A DNA stretch of 64,000 bases from Chthoniobacteraceae bacterium (GTDB lineage Bacteria; Verrucomicrobiota; Verrucomicrobiia; Chthoniobacterales; Chthoniobacteraceae), in assembly GCA_031409335.1 (NCBI GenBank), contig JANNWY010000195.1, positions 32,001-96,000 on the forward strand, written 5' to 3'. Positions 1 through 9,981 of the stretch are shown here, piece by piece (the stretch's first letter is position 1; each line of letters starts with the position of its first letter). A program made the position numbers and the translations under genes. The notes under the pieces are model-generated. The model worked only from the letters and a program-made list of their open reading frames with translations, was not told the DNA's origin and did not search any database.

Positions 1-345
1 AACAAAGTCACCCTCACCCCAAACGTCAGCTACCAGTGGAGCATCGCGCTCGTGCCCGACCCGAAGAACCGCTCGAAGGATCTCATCGCCAGCGGCTACG
101 TGAAGCGCATCGAAGCACCCGCCGACCTCACCGCGCAGCTCGCAAAAACCCCCGCGCAAGCGGACCGCGCCGCGCTCTACGCGCAAGCCGGATACTGGTA
201 CGACGCGCTGCAATCCATCTCGCTCGCGATCGGCGAAGCCGCGAAAAAGAAGGACACGGCTGCCGTCGGTGAGCTGAAAAGATTACGCGCCTCGCTCCTG
301 GAGCAAGGCGACCTCAAACAAGCCGCCGCCGCCGATCGGAAATAA
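1..345 (+). CDS. DUF928-like protein, C-terminal part (5' end outside window)
   Basis: Frame 1 is open from base 1: NKVTLTPNVSYQWSIALVPDPKNRSKDLIASGYVKRI...RAALYAQAGYWYDAL...RASLLEQGDL. This matches the DUF928 C-terminal pattern Y.W...G.(V/I).R...YA..G.WYDAL as I recall it. Confidence 0.8.
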   Translation, partial: NKVTLTPNVSYQWSIALVPDPKNRSKDLIASGYVKRIEAPADLTAQLAKTPAQADRAALYAQAGYWYDALQSISLAIGEAAKKKDTAAVGELKRLRASLLEQGDLKQAAAADRK

Positions 346-495
346 CAAGGAGCGGCGATTTCCGAATCGCCGACCCAAACGATCGCGCCGAGCGCCCATC
401 TTCCCCGGTAGCCGCGTCGCACCCGCCACCTTTCCGCGATCATCTGCCGCTCCGCGTGTTTGCTGGGTCAGCGGTTCGGAGACCGCCGCTCCTTG
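346..495. repeat. REPIN-like inverted repeat between convergent genes
   Basis: Two 32-bp arms, CAAGGAGCGGCGATTTCCGAATCGCCGACCCA (346-377) and TGGGTCAGCGGTTCGGAGACCGCCGCTCCTTG (464-495), are near-perfect reverse complements. Each arm is also internally palindromic. Confidence 0.8.
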
Positions 496-508
496 ATGCA
501 CTCCCCGC

Positions 509-2377
509 TCAAAACGCGCTGATACTCACGCTGAAGTGCAGCCCGTAATCCTGCGCGTTGTCCCCGCTTTTCACCGTATTCCCCTGGTTCAACGCATAGC
601 CCCAGTAGAGCTGCGCGCTCACTCGTTTCGTCGGCGTAAAAATCACCCCAGCACCCACGCTCGACAAAATTTCCAGCCGGTCATCGCCGCCGCCTTTCGG
701 CTTCGCGCCGATGTATTCCTTGCGATCCCAGCCCGCCCCGAAATCGAAGAACGGCGCGAACGTCAAGATCGGCTCCTTCAACTTGTTTTTCCAAACCGGC
801 ACACGCACCTCCAGCGAACCGAACACCCCGTTGTCGCGCAGGATTTGATTTTCCCGATACCCCCGCACGCTCTGCGCGCCGCCGAGACTGTATTGCTCCA
901 GCGAAAGCAGCGGATCGTTCGCGAACTGCGCATTGATCCGCACGACCGCGAGATTCTCCGTCTCGAAAAGACGGCGCACATATTGCGCCTGCCCGAGCCA
1001 CGAAAAGAACTGCCCGTCCGGCAGCTTCCGCACGCCATCCGTCGAGCCGATGCCGCCGCCGAGCCCGTTCGCGTGACGCGTCGCGCCAAATTCATTGATC
1101 CCGAGATTGAACGTCGAGCGCACCGCCAGCACATGCTTCTGGCTGCGGTTCACAAACTCGAGCGCCAGCCGCAGCACGAATACTTCCGTCTCCCCATCGA
1201 CCGCACCCGCCGACAACGTGAACGGACGCCCGAGCAGAAAGCTGCTGCTCTTCCGCTTATCCGCCGTCACCGACACCGCAAATTCATTCGTCAGGCTTTC
1301 GTACAACGGCTGCCGCAGCGTCACGCCGTACTGCTCCGACTCGCTCGTGATATCGAGCGGCTGAAACTGCTCCTCGACGATCGCCGCATCATTCCGGCTC
1401 GCGTGAAATTCCAGCGTCGTGTGCCACGGCGAAATCGGAATCCGGTAGGAACCCTCAATGTTCTCATCCCCGCTCGCCTCCCAGCTCTCCACCGTCTCCG
1501 AAGTCGTGTGCAGGATTCCGTAACGCAGCGAAATCGGATCGTTGTGCCCCGTCAGATTCAGCACCGACGCATTCACCTCGAGAATCTCCGCGCCCACGCT
1601 CGGCGGACGGCGATTGCTAAAATCCAGGCTCAAGCGGAACGGCTGATTCTCCTGCACGCTCACCTTCAACATACTCTCGCCCGGCTTCACCCCTGGCATC
1701 AGCTCCGCATTGATCTGCCGGATATTCGGATTTTCCCGCAGCAATTGCAGCCGCTCCTTCATCCGGTTGAAATTCAGCGGCGTCCCCGCGCTGCGCCGCA
1801 TTTCATGCCGCAGCCACCACGCGCGAAACCACCAATTCCCGCTCATCTCGATGTCCGTCAGCCGCCCCTCGACGATCTTGAAAACGATGATCCCATCCTT
1901 CAAATCCTGATCCGGCAGCGTCGCCCCCGAGTTGATAAATCCACGCTCCACGTAATGCACCGTAATCGCCTGCCGCGCCTCCTCGAGTTCCGCGCCCGTG
2001 ATCTCGCGCCCCGCAAAACGCGCCACCAACTTCTCCAGTTCGCGATCGGAAAAAACCGTGTTCCCCTCAAACCGAAACCGTTTCACCTGCACGCGCAGCG
2101 CCGACTCCAGCGTCCCCGTATCCGCAAACCCCGGCGCGACCGGCGGCAGCACCGGCTCGATCTCCGCCGGCTCGAGCCTCAGTTTGTAAGGCAGTAGTTT
2201 TCCGCGCCTCACACCCGTCCCGCCCGCAGTCGCCGGCAACTGCGGCGTCAGCACGATCTCCTCACCCGGCAGCAGCGACGGCTCCTCGACTCCCGCCGGC
2301 AAAGGATTCGCCGGCAGCACCTCCAGATTCGGCGTCTGCTGCGCCCGCGCCAACCCCACGCCCGCAAGGATCGTCAT
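509..2377 (-). CDS. TpsB (ShlB/FhaC/HecB family) outer-membrane transporter
   Basis: POTRA-like VKRFRFEGNTVFSDREL...ITVHYVERGFINSGA, the Omp85/TpsB motif SVRGYRE, and a terminal barrel strand GLHFSVSISAF. Likely start is ATG 2377 (MTILAGVGLARAQQ, signal-like). Confidence 0.92.
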   Translation of the reverse strand: MTILAGVGLARAQQTPNLEVLPANPLPAGVEEPSLLPGEEIVLTPQLPATAGGTGVRRGKLLPYKLRLEPAEIEPVLPPVAPGFADTGTLESALRVQVKRFRFEGNTVFSDRELEKLVARFAGREITGAELEEARQAITVHYVERGFINSGATLPDQDLKDGIIVFKIVEGRLTDIEMSGNWWFRAWWLRHEMRRSAGTPLNFNRMKERLQLLRENPNIRQINAELMPGVKPGESMLKVSVQENQPFRLSLDFSNRRPPSVGAEILEVNASVLNLTGHNDPISLRYGILHTTSETVESWEASGDENIEGSYRIPISPWHTTLEFHASRNDAAIVEEQFQPLDITSESEQYGVTLRQPLYESLTNEFAVSVTADKRKSSSFLLGRPFTLSAGAVDGETEVFVLRLALEFVNRSQKHVLAVRSTFNLGINEFGATRHANGLGGGIGSTDGVRKLPDGQFFSWLGQAQYVRRLFETENLAVVRINAQFANDPLLSLEQYSLGGAQSVRGYRENQILRDNGVFGSLEVRVPVWKNKLKEPILTFAPFFDFGAGWDRKEYIGAKPKGGGDDRLEILSSVGAGVIFTPTKRVSAQLYWGYALNQGNTVKSGDNAQDYGLHFSVSISAF

Positions 2378-2463
2378 AACGAGTGTCGCAGCGATCGGCA
2401 GAATCCTTCTGTCAAGTAAAAATCGATGGGCGGGGAAGAGCACGTCGAAAATGAAAACAGATT

Positions 2464-5400
2464 TCAACGGGCAACGCGCGCTTTTTCTCGCTCTTTCCCC
2501 GTGCTCGGAGGGGTATCGGCGAGCGGCTCGTCGGGAGTGAGCGAGATACCTCCGCGGCCGATCACGAGAAAGCTGCTGAATTCCAAGCCGAGCCGCCGCG
2601 CGCATTGCTCGCGAAGTTGCGTCGAGGCATCGACGAGCGAAGCGGTAAAGCCCTCGACAGCATTCGAGAGGTCCAACTCCGGCGCCCGGATGAGCAGCGC
2701 ACCTTGCAAGCCCACTTCGGAGGAGGCAGTGATTCGGCTGTCGGCGGATTGCCGCACGAAATCGGAGACTATGACAAAATCGCCCGGGTCGCCCAGCACG
2801 CCGGTTGCGGGAAAATTCAGGGTGATGAGCCCGCCGTCGCCAGCCACGGCATTCGCAGTGATGAGTCCCGCATCGAGCCCGAGCGCGCTGGCGTCGATTG
2901 TGATGTTTCCTCCGCTGCCGCCCGCTTCGGCAATGATGCCGCTTCTCTTCAACTCGATCCGCTTCGGGGTGCGAATCGCGATTTGTCCTGCATCGCCAAG
3001 GGATGCCTGGACTGTAATGGAGCTGTCCTCCAGCCGCACGCTGCCGCCCGCGCGCACGTCGATCAGGCCGGCGTTACTTTGACTGGAAGTGGTTGCAACG
3101 CTGCTCCCATCGCGAAGCAGCAGCGAACCTCCGACCCTAAATCGAATGCCGCCCGCAATGCCGGAGCCCGAAGCCGAGGTGTTGATGGATGCGCGGTTTT
3201 TCAGCGCGAGGTTTTCCGCCTTGATGTCAATGTCCCCACCTTTCCCCGCGCCTGCGGTGCGCGCGGAAATTTTACCGCCCTGTGTGAGCGCGACTTGTCC
3301 GGCGTCGATCTTGATGCTGCCGCCATCTCCAGAGGTGGCAATGCGGCTATCGGCGAAGATGCCGGTGGGCGCGCTGCCTCCGCGGATATTCAGGGCCTTG
3401 GCGTTCACGAGCACGTCGCCGCCTTTTCCCGAGCCGGTCGTCGAGGCCATGATCGCGCTACCGGGCTGGAGTGAGAGCAGGTCCGCGGTGAGCGAAACAG
3501 CCCCGCCCTGGCCGGAGCCGGAAGTGCTGGCGGCAATCTGGCCACCGGCATTGAGGGCGATCTCCCCGGCATGAATGGCAATGCCGCCGCCGCGTTGTGC
3601 GCTGGCGGTAATTGCGGAGATGGTGCCGCCCGTGAGCACGACTTCGGCGGCATTCAAAGTGATGCTGCCGCCGACGCCAGAGCGCGCGGTTTGGCTATCC
3701 GCAATGATGCCCGTCTGCGGCGTGCCGCGACCATCGATCGTGACCCGCTGCGCGGTAAGCTGCAGATTGCCACCGTGGCCAGCGCCCGCCGTGGATGCGT
3801 TGATCAAGCCGCCGCGCGAGATCGTGAGATCGCGGGTCTGGAGCGTGACACTGCCGCTGTCTCCGCGGCCAAAAGTTTGCACCGAGATCGCGCCGCCGCG
3901 CCGGATGTCCAGCGTCTCGCTTTGCACGGAGACGCTGCCGCCAGCTGCCGACGCCCCCTTTTCGGAGCTGGCAAAAATGCCGCCGCCGAAGGGCGCTCCT
4001 TCGCCGTCGATCAGGAGGTTTGGGGCGTTCACCGAAACGCTGCCGCCCGCTCCGGCGGCAAAGGTGCTCGCGGAAATATACGCGCCACTGCGCAGGGTCA
4101 GTTCCGCGGCGTTGACCTGCACCGCGCCGCCTGCGCCGGGACCGGTGGTGCGCGCGGTGATAAGCCCGCCATCGCGTAACGTGAGGCTGCCAAACTGCGC
4201 GTCGATATTCCCGCCCCGTCCCGTCCCGTCGCGCCCTTCCACGCTCGCGGCGAGGCCAGCGAAAAGAATCGTCGCACCATCTGGCCCGAACAACTTGATG
4301 GGGCGCGCGTGCGTGAACTCGGCTTCGTCGGCCCGCACGATCAGATTGCCCGCGCGGCCCGAGCCAAGGGTGGACGCGGCGATGCCCGCGCCGTCGAGGA
4401 TGCCCAGTTTCCCGGCCTCGACGTGGATCGACCCGCCCTTGCCGCCGCGCAGCGTGGGCGGCAATTTTTCAGAAATCGCCGCCGCAAACACGCCGGTGAA
4501 ACGCGAACTCCCGCGTCCGTCAATGGTGAAGCGCTCCGCCGAAATTCGCACCGGGCCGGCATCCGCAGGACCCTGCGTGCTGGTCGAGACGAGCATCCCG
4601 GACGCGATCGTGAGGTCGCCCGTCCGCAGCGTCACGGCCCCTGCCTGCCCGGCGTTTTTCACGACCGAAAACGAATTGGCAAAGATGCCGACATTGTCGG
4701 CCAGATTATTCACGAGCGGCGGCAGGTTCCCGCCAAGTAGCGAGATGGAATCCTTCGCGACGACGCGCACATCGCCACCGCGCCCGGATGAAAACGTGGA
4801 GGCGGAAATGACGACGTTGTCGCGCATCGTGAAGGTGTCCGCCGCGATGTCGATGCTCCCGCCTTTTCCATGCGCCGCCGCCGCATCGGCCCCGGCGTCC
4901 GAAGTCGCGAAAATGCCTGGTGCCCCCAGCCCAGCCGCTACGCCCTTGAGATTCACTCGATTCGCCCGGACGATGACATTCCCACCCGCGCCTGCGCCCG
5001 AGGTGCTCGCGGAGATGACAGCGCGATCCTTCAAGTCGAACGAAACCGCGTCGATCGTGATGCTACCGCCTTCCCCCGCGCCCGACGTGGTGGCCGCAAT
5101 CGACGAATTGCCGAACAACTCGACGCTCTTCGCGAACTCGCTGCTGCCGCGCGCTTCGAGGGTAATATCGCCGGCCAGTCCGGTGCCGCTGGTGCTGGCA
5201 TTGATCCGGCCATCGGAAAGCACGATCATCGGCGAGCGGATGCCGATGCGCGGGCGCAGCTCGGGCTTCGCCACGGTACCCACCGTTGCGGTGACGCGCG
5301 CACCACCGTAGAGAAAAAAGCCGCCGCTTGCGGTAATGTCGATTCTGCCAGCGTTGCCCAAGCCTGTGCTCTCGCTGGAAATGGCGGCATCGAAATCGAC

Positions 5401-8400
5401 GCTGATGATTTCGCCCGTGAGCGAAATCGAGCCCGCCGAACCGGTGCCGGTAGTGGCCGCGGTGACCGTCGAATTAGTGCCAGCGATGAGGATGGAGGGT
5501 GCGGAAACATCAATGTTCGGTATGTGCAGTTGGGTGGTCGCTACGTCACCGAGCGTCGCGGTGATTTTGCCGCCGCTGAACAAAGAAACTGCATCGCTCG
5601 CGGAGACGGTGATGCTGCCAGCATTGCCTAAGCCCACGCTTCGAGTGGAGATGCTAGCGCTTTCGGTCAGCGTCAGGCGGTTGAGATTCAGATCGATCGT
5701 TCCACCCAAGCCGGAGCCAAACGTTTCCGCGGAAATGCCGACCTGCGCGGCACCTTCGCCAGCAATGTTCAGATCGCCCGCTCGAATATGAATGACCCCG
5801 CCGTTGCCGGCGTTTTCGAGCGCGAGCGTTTCCGTGCTGATGCCAGCGTTTGCGCCAGAAATACTAATTGCGCTGGCATCGATTGACACCGAGCCGCCAT
5901 TGCCAGACCCCTGCGATGCCGCGGTGATCGTCGCGCCAGCAGCGAGTTGGAGCGTGCCGTCGATGCTAATCTGCACTTCGCCTCCGGGGCCGCCGTTGAC
6001 CGGCTGTGTGGTCTGGGCGCTGACTGCTGAGCCAAGTCCGGTGGCAAAAAATTCCCCCGCCACGATGCTGAGATCGCCACCGCGGCCGCTGCCGTTCGTG
6101 GCCGTGCTCAGGCGCGCGCCATCAGCGAGTTCGAGGCGACCCTCTACAGCCAGTGAAAGATCACCCGCGTTTCCGTCGGCACCGGTCTGCGTGGTGATGC
6201 CAGTGAGGCGCCCGGTGGCACCGGGAGAGACACGCAGAGTGTCGGCGGCAATTGCGATGTCGCCCCCGTTGCCGGGGCCAAAACTGTTGGCGGTGATATT
6301 GCCGCCGTCGAGCACTTCGACCGCGCCACCGATATTGAAATGCAAATCGCCCCCTCGACTAGCGAGGGGCAGTTTCCCAAGCGTTTGGCCGGTGATGCCC
6401 GAATCTTTCCCGCTGACGGTGAGACTGCCGGCGTCTAACTGGAGATCGCCACTGGAACCGGGACCGCTGGTGGTCAGCGAAATGAGAGCGCCGTCCAGCA
6501 CTTCCACCGCACCGGTGATGGCGAGGAAAACATTGGCACCCGCTCCGCCCGCGATGGGGTTCGAAGTTTCCGCGCCGATGCCGGATCGGGCCGTCCCCTG
6601 CCGGCCCGAAAGCTTGAGACTGTCGGCGCTCAAGTAGAGATCGCCACCGCTCGCCAGTCCATTGGCGGTGCGGGTGATTTGGCTGCCGGAGAGCACCTGC
6701 ACCGCACCGGAGATCGTCAGGCGGATCGCGCCGCCGAGTCCCGTCGCGGTTGATCCGAACGCATTCGCGCCAATGCTGCTGCGATCCATCAGCGTGACCG
6801 CTGCGGCCTGCACGGTGAGATCGCCTCCCGGCCCTGAGCCCTGCGTTTCGGAGAGGATTGAGGCGCGGGCCAATGTGATCGCGCCGCCAGCTTCGATCGT
6901 GAGTTTGCCGCCCACTCCGCTGGCACCGGACACTACGGTGCTGCCGATTTGCGAGTTGGTACTCATTGCCAGCGAACCCGCCGCGACCGCGATGTTGCCT
7001 CCGTGCGACGCACCCGCGGTGCTTGTCTGAATGGTGGCCCCATCAAGCAGACTAAGCGCGCCCGTTACGGCCAGCGAAACGTCGCCGCCAGGTCCGCTGG
7101 CGGTGGCATCGGTGGCCGTGACGATGCCCGCCGAATCGCCCAAAGCGAGCCGCGGATCGCCTTTGAGTTCCACACTTCCCGCAGTGATCACCACCGCGCC
7201 TCCTGCGCCAGTCCTTTCGACGACAGAGGCAATTTTCGAATCGTTTTGAATTTGGAGAGCACCGGAAATATTGAGCCGCACCGCTCCCCCGGCACCACCG
7301 CCCTGGCTGCTGGTTAAAATAGAAGAGCCTGTCACGAGGGAAATACTGTCGGCGATGATGTCGAGCGTGACGCCAGTCGCACCTCCCGTACTCGAGGTCT
7401 GAATCTGCCCGCCACCACTCATGCTGATCCGGGGCGTCCGAAGCTCGGCCCGGCCCGCGCGGCCCGCAGACGCCGCGGTAAAAAAATTGATCGAGCCCCC
7501 GGTATTCAAGCGCAGGCTCGGCGTGGCAATGCGGAGGACCGTGGCATCCTGCAAATCCGTATCTCCCGTGATGGAAAGCGCCGTGTCGGAGGCGAGGGTC
7601 ACAAGCTCCCGCGTTTCGATGTCGATCCCGTCGCCGCGGCTGCCGTCCACCGTCCGCACCTGGATCTGGGCCCGATTCGCCACGAGGCGTCCCGCGCGAA
7701 TGACCAAACGCCCGCCGCCCGGGTTGCCGACGTTCGCGCCACTGAAACGGTTGGCATCCGCCACCGTGGTGATATTGCCAAGGGTGGAGAATCCGGCGGT
7801 TCCTGCCGTGGCGCGACGATCGCGGATATCCAGCGCCATCGTCCCGCCCGAACGGACGCTCGCGAGATGAAGGGTTCCGCCCGGCACCGCGAGACTCCCG
7901 CCTTCGCGCAGAGTGATGTCGCCTCCGAGCAGCGCCAGATTGTTCCCCGTTTTCACATTGAGAAAAGACCCGCGCACGGTGATCGCCGCAGGAGTTGGTC
8001 CGAGAAAGCCAAAGGCCGAAACCGGCGCGCTGGTGAGAACGTCATCCGCCGGTCGCGTCGCATCGAAACGGCCCTGCTGACCGAGCGCCACGGAGTTCGC
8101 CGTCGTGGCGACGAACGATCCGCCCACGTTGAGCGTGGCGTTCGGGCCGAAGAGGATGCCGCTCGGATTGATCAAAAAAAGGTTCGCGCCGGCGATGGTC
8201 GAATTGATCCGACCGTCGATCGCCGACGCCGCGCCCCCGGTGACGCGGGCGAGCACGTTGGCAATATCGGCCGGGCCGCTAAACGTGGCGGACTCGCCCG
8301 CCACCAAATCGAAGCGCGAAAAACTGTGGAAGAGATTGGCCCCCGCTCGCGTGCCGAACGTGTGAGGGATCGGAAAATCCTGGCCGACCTTGCCGATCGC

Positions 8401-8538
8401 CCCAGCCGCGCCAGTCGTACCGTCGGTCGCGAGGTCCGCGAAGATCGCTCTGCCGTCGAACACAACAGCAGCCAGCAGCCAGAGCAACGCGGTGGGAGAT
8501 CGCCGCTTTCGAGACAGCGTTCGATTCACGGGATTCAC
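2464..8538 (-). CDS. TpsA1: filamentous haemagglutinin-family exoprotein (2024 aa)
   Basis: Signal peptide, TPS/haemagglutination-activity domain (NLFHSFSRF...NVLARVTGG...LFLINPSGILFG), long G/A/S/T-rich beta-helix repeats, and tail LREQCARRLGLEFSSFLVIGRGG. Confidence 0.92.
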   Translation of the reverse strand: MNPVNRTLSRKRRSPTALLWLLAAVVFDGRAIFADLATDGTTGAAGAIGKVGQDFPIPHTFGTRAGANLFHSFSRFDLVAGESATFSGPADIANVLARVTGGAASAIDGRINSTIAGANLFLINPSGILFGPNATLNVGGSFVATTANSVALGQQGRFDATRPADDVLTSAPVSAFGFLGPTPAAITVRGSFLNVKTGNNLALLGGDITLREGGSLAVPGGTLHLASVRSGGTMALDIRDRRATAGTAGFSTLGNITTVADANRFSGANVGNPGGGRLVIRAGRLVANRAQIQVRTVDGSRGDGIDIETRELVTLASDTALSITGDTDLQDATVLRIATPSLRLNTGGSINFFTAASAGRAGRAELRTPRISMSGGGQIQTSSTGGATGVTLDIIADSISLVTGSSILTSSQGGGAGGAVRLNISGALQIQNDSKIASVVERTGAGGAVVITAGSVELKGDPRLALGDSAGIVTATDATASGPGGDVSLAVTGALSLLDGATIQTSTAGASHGGNIAVAAGSLAMSTNSQIGSTVVSGASGVGGKLTIEAGGAITLARASILSETQGSGPGGDLTVQAAAVTLMDRSSIGANAFGSTATGLGGAIRLTISGAVQVLSGSQITRTANGLASGGDLYLSADSLKLSGRQGTARSGIGAETSNPIAGGAGANVFLAITGAVEVLDGALISLTTSGPGSSGDLQLDAGSLTVSGKDSGITGQTLGKLPLASRGGDLHFNIGGAVEVLDGGNITANSFGPGNGGDIAIAADTLRVSPGATGRLTGITTQTGADGNAGDLSLAVEGRLELADGARLSTATNGSGRGGDLSIVAGEFFATGLGSAVSAQTTQPVNGGPGGEVQISIDGTLQLAAGATITAASQGSGNGGSVSIDASAISISGANAGISTETLALENAGNGGVIHIRAGDLNIAGEGAAQVGISAETFGSGLGGTIDLNLNRLTLTESASISTRSVGLGNAGSITVSASDAVSLFSGGKITATLGDVATTQLHIPNIDVSAPSILIAGTNSTVTAATTGTGSAGSISLTGEIISVDFDAAISSESTGLGNAGRIDITASGGFFLYGGARVTATVGTVAKPELRPRIGIRSPMIVLSDGRINASTSGTGLAGDITLEARGSSEFAKSVELFGNSSIAATTSGAGEGGSITIDAVSFDLKDRAVISASTSGAGAGGNVIVRANRVNLKGVAAGLGAPGIFATSDAGADAAAAHGKGGSIDIAADTFTMRDNVVISASTFSSGRGGDVRVVAKDSISLLGGNLPPLVNNLADNVGIFANSFSVVKNAGQAGAVTLRTGDLTIASGMLVSTSTQGPADAGPVRISAERFTIDGRGSSRFTGVFAAAISEKLPPTLRGGKGGSIHVEAGKLGILDGAGIAASTLGSGRAGNLIVRADEAEFTHARPIKLFGPDGATILFAGLAASVEGRDGTGRGGNIDAQFGSLTLRDGGLITARTTGPGAGGAVQVNAAELTLRSGAYISASTFAAGAGGSVSVNAPNLLIDGEGAPFGGGIFASSEKGASAAGGSVSVQSETLDIRRGGAISVQTFGRGDSGSVTLQTRDLTISRGGLINASTAGAGHGGNLQLTAQRVTIDGRGTPQTGIIADSQTARSGVGGSITLNAAEVVLTGGTISAITASAQRGGGIAIHAGEIALNAGGQIAASTSGSGQGGAVSLTADLLSLQPGSAIMASTTGSGKGGDVLVNAKALNIRGGSAPTGIFADSRIATSGDGGSIKIDAGQVALTQGGKISARTAGAGKGGDIDIKAENLALKNRASINTSASGSGIAGGIRFRVGGSLLLRDGSSVATTSSQSNAGLIDVRAGGSVRLEDSSITVQASLGDAGQIAIRTPKRIELKRSGIIAEAGGSGGNITIDASALGLDAGLITANAVAGDGGLITLNFPATGVLGDPGDFVIVSDFVRQSADSRITASSEVGLQGALLIRAPELDLSNAVEGFTASLVDASTQLREQCARRLGLEFSSFLVIGRGGISLTPDEPLADTPPSTGKEREKARVAR

Positions 8539-8607
8539 AGGAAGTGGGATAGCCGACAGGCCCCTCTCTTCACAAGGAAAAGTGCGGTCTCTTTACCGGA
8601 AAGCGAA

Positions 8608-8636
8608 TTGACTCGCCGCAGCCAGATTGATATTTG
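8608..8636 (+). promoter_or_regulatory. Putative sigma70 promoter of the PEP-CTERM gene
   Basis: TTGACT-N17-TATTTG, ending 7 nt before ATG 8644. Confidence 0.4.
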
Positions 8637-8643
8637 CAGCGTC

Positions 8644-9981
8644 ATGTCGGATTCACCACGACTCAAAACGACCGCTCTTCGGTCGGTCCAAGGGTGGTTG
8701 GTCATCGCGCTGTGCGCGGCACAGGCTCCCGCCAGGGCCGCGGTCTTGGCGGAATACCGCGTGGCGCTGACCCAAAACGCCGCCACGGAACTCCCGCCCG
8801 CCGTCGTCGCCAGCGGCGTCACGGCCTCGGCCGTGCAACCCGTGGGAGGGCTGACGGCCTTCGGCATCAACCAAAGCCCGATCGTCCTTTTCGGCGGAAG
8901 TTTCTGGCCCGCGGATGCCTTCGGTACCCAGGCATTCGAGATCACGGTGGTGCCGACGGGAGGTGCCATGCTGCACCTCGATTCTTTGAATATCCGGATG
9001 TATTCGGCTCCACCCATGACCTTCCGCCTCGCGGCGAGCAACGATGGCTTCCTCAGTACGCTGGATCAAGAATTCAGCATCGCTTCGGAATCCGAACTCT
9101 CGGTTTCGCTCTCGCTCGCCGCGTTACCCACTACGGGCCAGCCACTGAGCCTCCGTTTATTCGGCTACTACGACTCGGAATGGCTAGATGCGGTAATCGC
9201 AGGTTTCGTGGACAGCGGCGGCTGGGGTATTCGCGTCAATGGTACAATTCTGAATTCCATCGTCTGGGACGGCGGCGGAACAAACAACGCGTGGTCCACC
9301 GCGGCCAACTGGAACAACGACATCGCACCGCTGAACGACGGCACAGCGAATCTTGTCTTCGGAGGCAATGTGCGGCTGACGCCCAGCGTCGATACAACCC
9401 GGAATGTCGCCTCGATCGCTTTCAACAATACCGCTGGCACATTCACAATCGGCGGTCCGCGGAGCCTGACCATCGGTTCCGGCGGCATCACCAACAACGA
9501 CGCTGACCTGCAGACCATCACGGCGAACGTGACGCTTAGCGCCAGCCAGACTTTCACCGCGATAGCGGGCGATCTTTCCCTGAATAACGTGAATATCGGC
9601 TCCAACGCGCTGACCGTCACCGGCGCTCATCGTGTGAAACTCGGCGATCTTATCGGGACGGGAACGATCACAAAAACTGGCGCGGGAATTCTGGAGTTTG
9701 CCGGCAGCGTCGGCGATGGCGATATCGTGGTGAACGCGAATGGCGGCGTGACGGTGTTTAGCGAAAGCCAGACGCTCTCCGAGCTGAACATCGGCACCGG
9801 CGCAACGGTGACGCTGGCTGCGCCGGCGAACTCGCTCCTGCCAGTGCCCGAACCGGCGGCGGCGAGCCTGCTTTTGAGCGGTGCGCTGGCGCTGTGCGGG
9901 AGACGGCGTAGCCGACGGCAGCTCACCGGCCCGTCGCGCTCAATGGCGGTTTTGCGCGTTGCCGTGAAGCGAGAGGGCTGA
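8644..9981 (+). CDS. PEP-CTERM protein with passenger-associated (autotransporter-type) beta-strand repeat
   Basis: Signal-like N-terminus (..LVIALCAAQAPARA), WDGGGTNNAWSTAANW module, ITKTGAGILEF repeat, and VPEPAAASLLLSGALALCGRRRSRR sorting signal. The ORF-track extension to 7867 overlaps TpsA1 and is not used. Confidence 0.88.
   Translation: MSDSPRLKTTALRSVQGWLVIALCAAQAPARAAVLAEYRVALTQNAATELPPAVVASGVTASAVQPVGGLTAFGINQSPIVLFGGSFWPADAFGTQAFEITVVPTGGAMLHLDSLNIRMYSAPPMTFRLAASNDGFLSTLDQEFSIASESELSVSLSLAALPTTGQPLSLRLFGYYDSEWLDAVIAGFVDSGGWGIRVNGTILNSIVWDGGGTNNAWSTAANWNNDIAPLNDGTANLVFGGNVRLTPSVDTTRNVASIAFNNTAGTFTIGGPRSLTIGSGGITNNDADLQTITANVTLSASQTFTAIAGDLSLNNVNIGSNALTVTGAHRVKLGDLIGTGTITKTGAGILEFAGSVGDGDIVVNANGGVTVFSESQTLSELNIGTGATVTLAAPANSLLPVPEPAAASLLLSGALALCGRRRSRRQLTGPSRSMAVLRVAVKREG

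Noticed and set aside
2378..2605. N-terminal extension of TpsB in the ORF track
   Set aside because: Overlaps the TpsA1 tail in another frame; a signal-like start lies at 2377.
7867..8643. N-terminal extension of the 704-aa ORF
   Set aside because: Overlaps the TpsA1 5' end on the opposite strand; the signal peptide and promoter point to ATG 8644.
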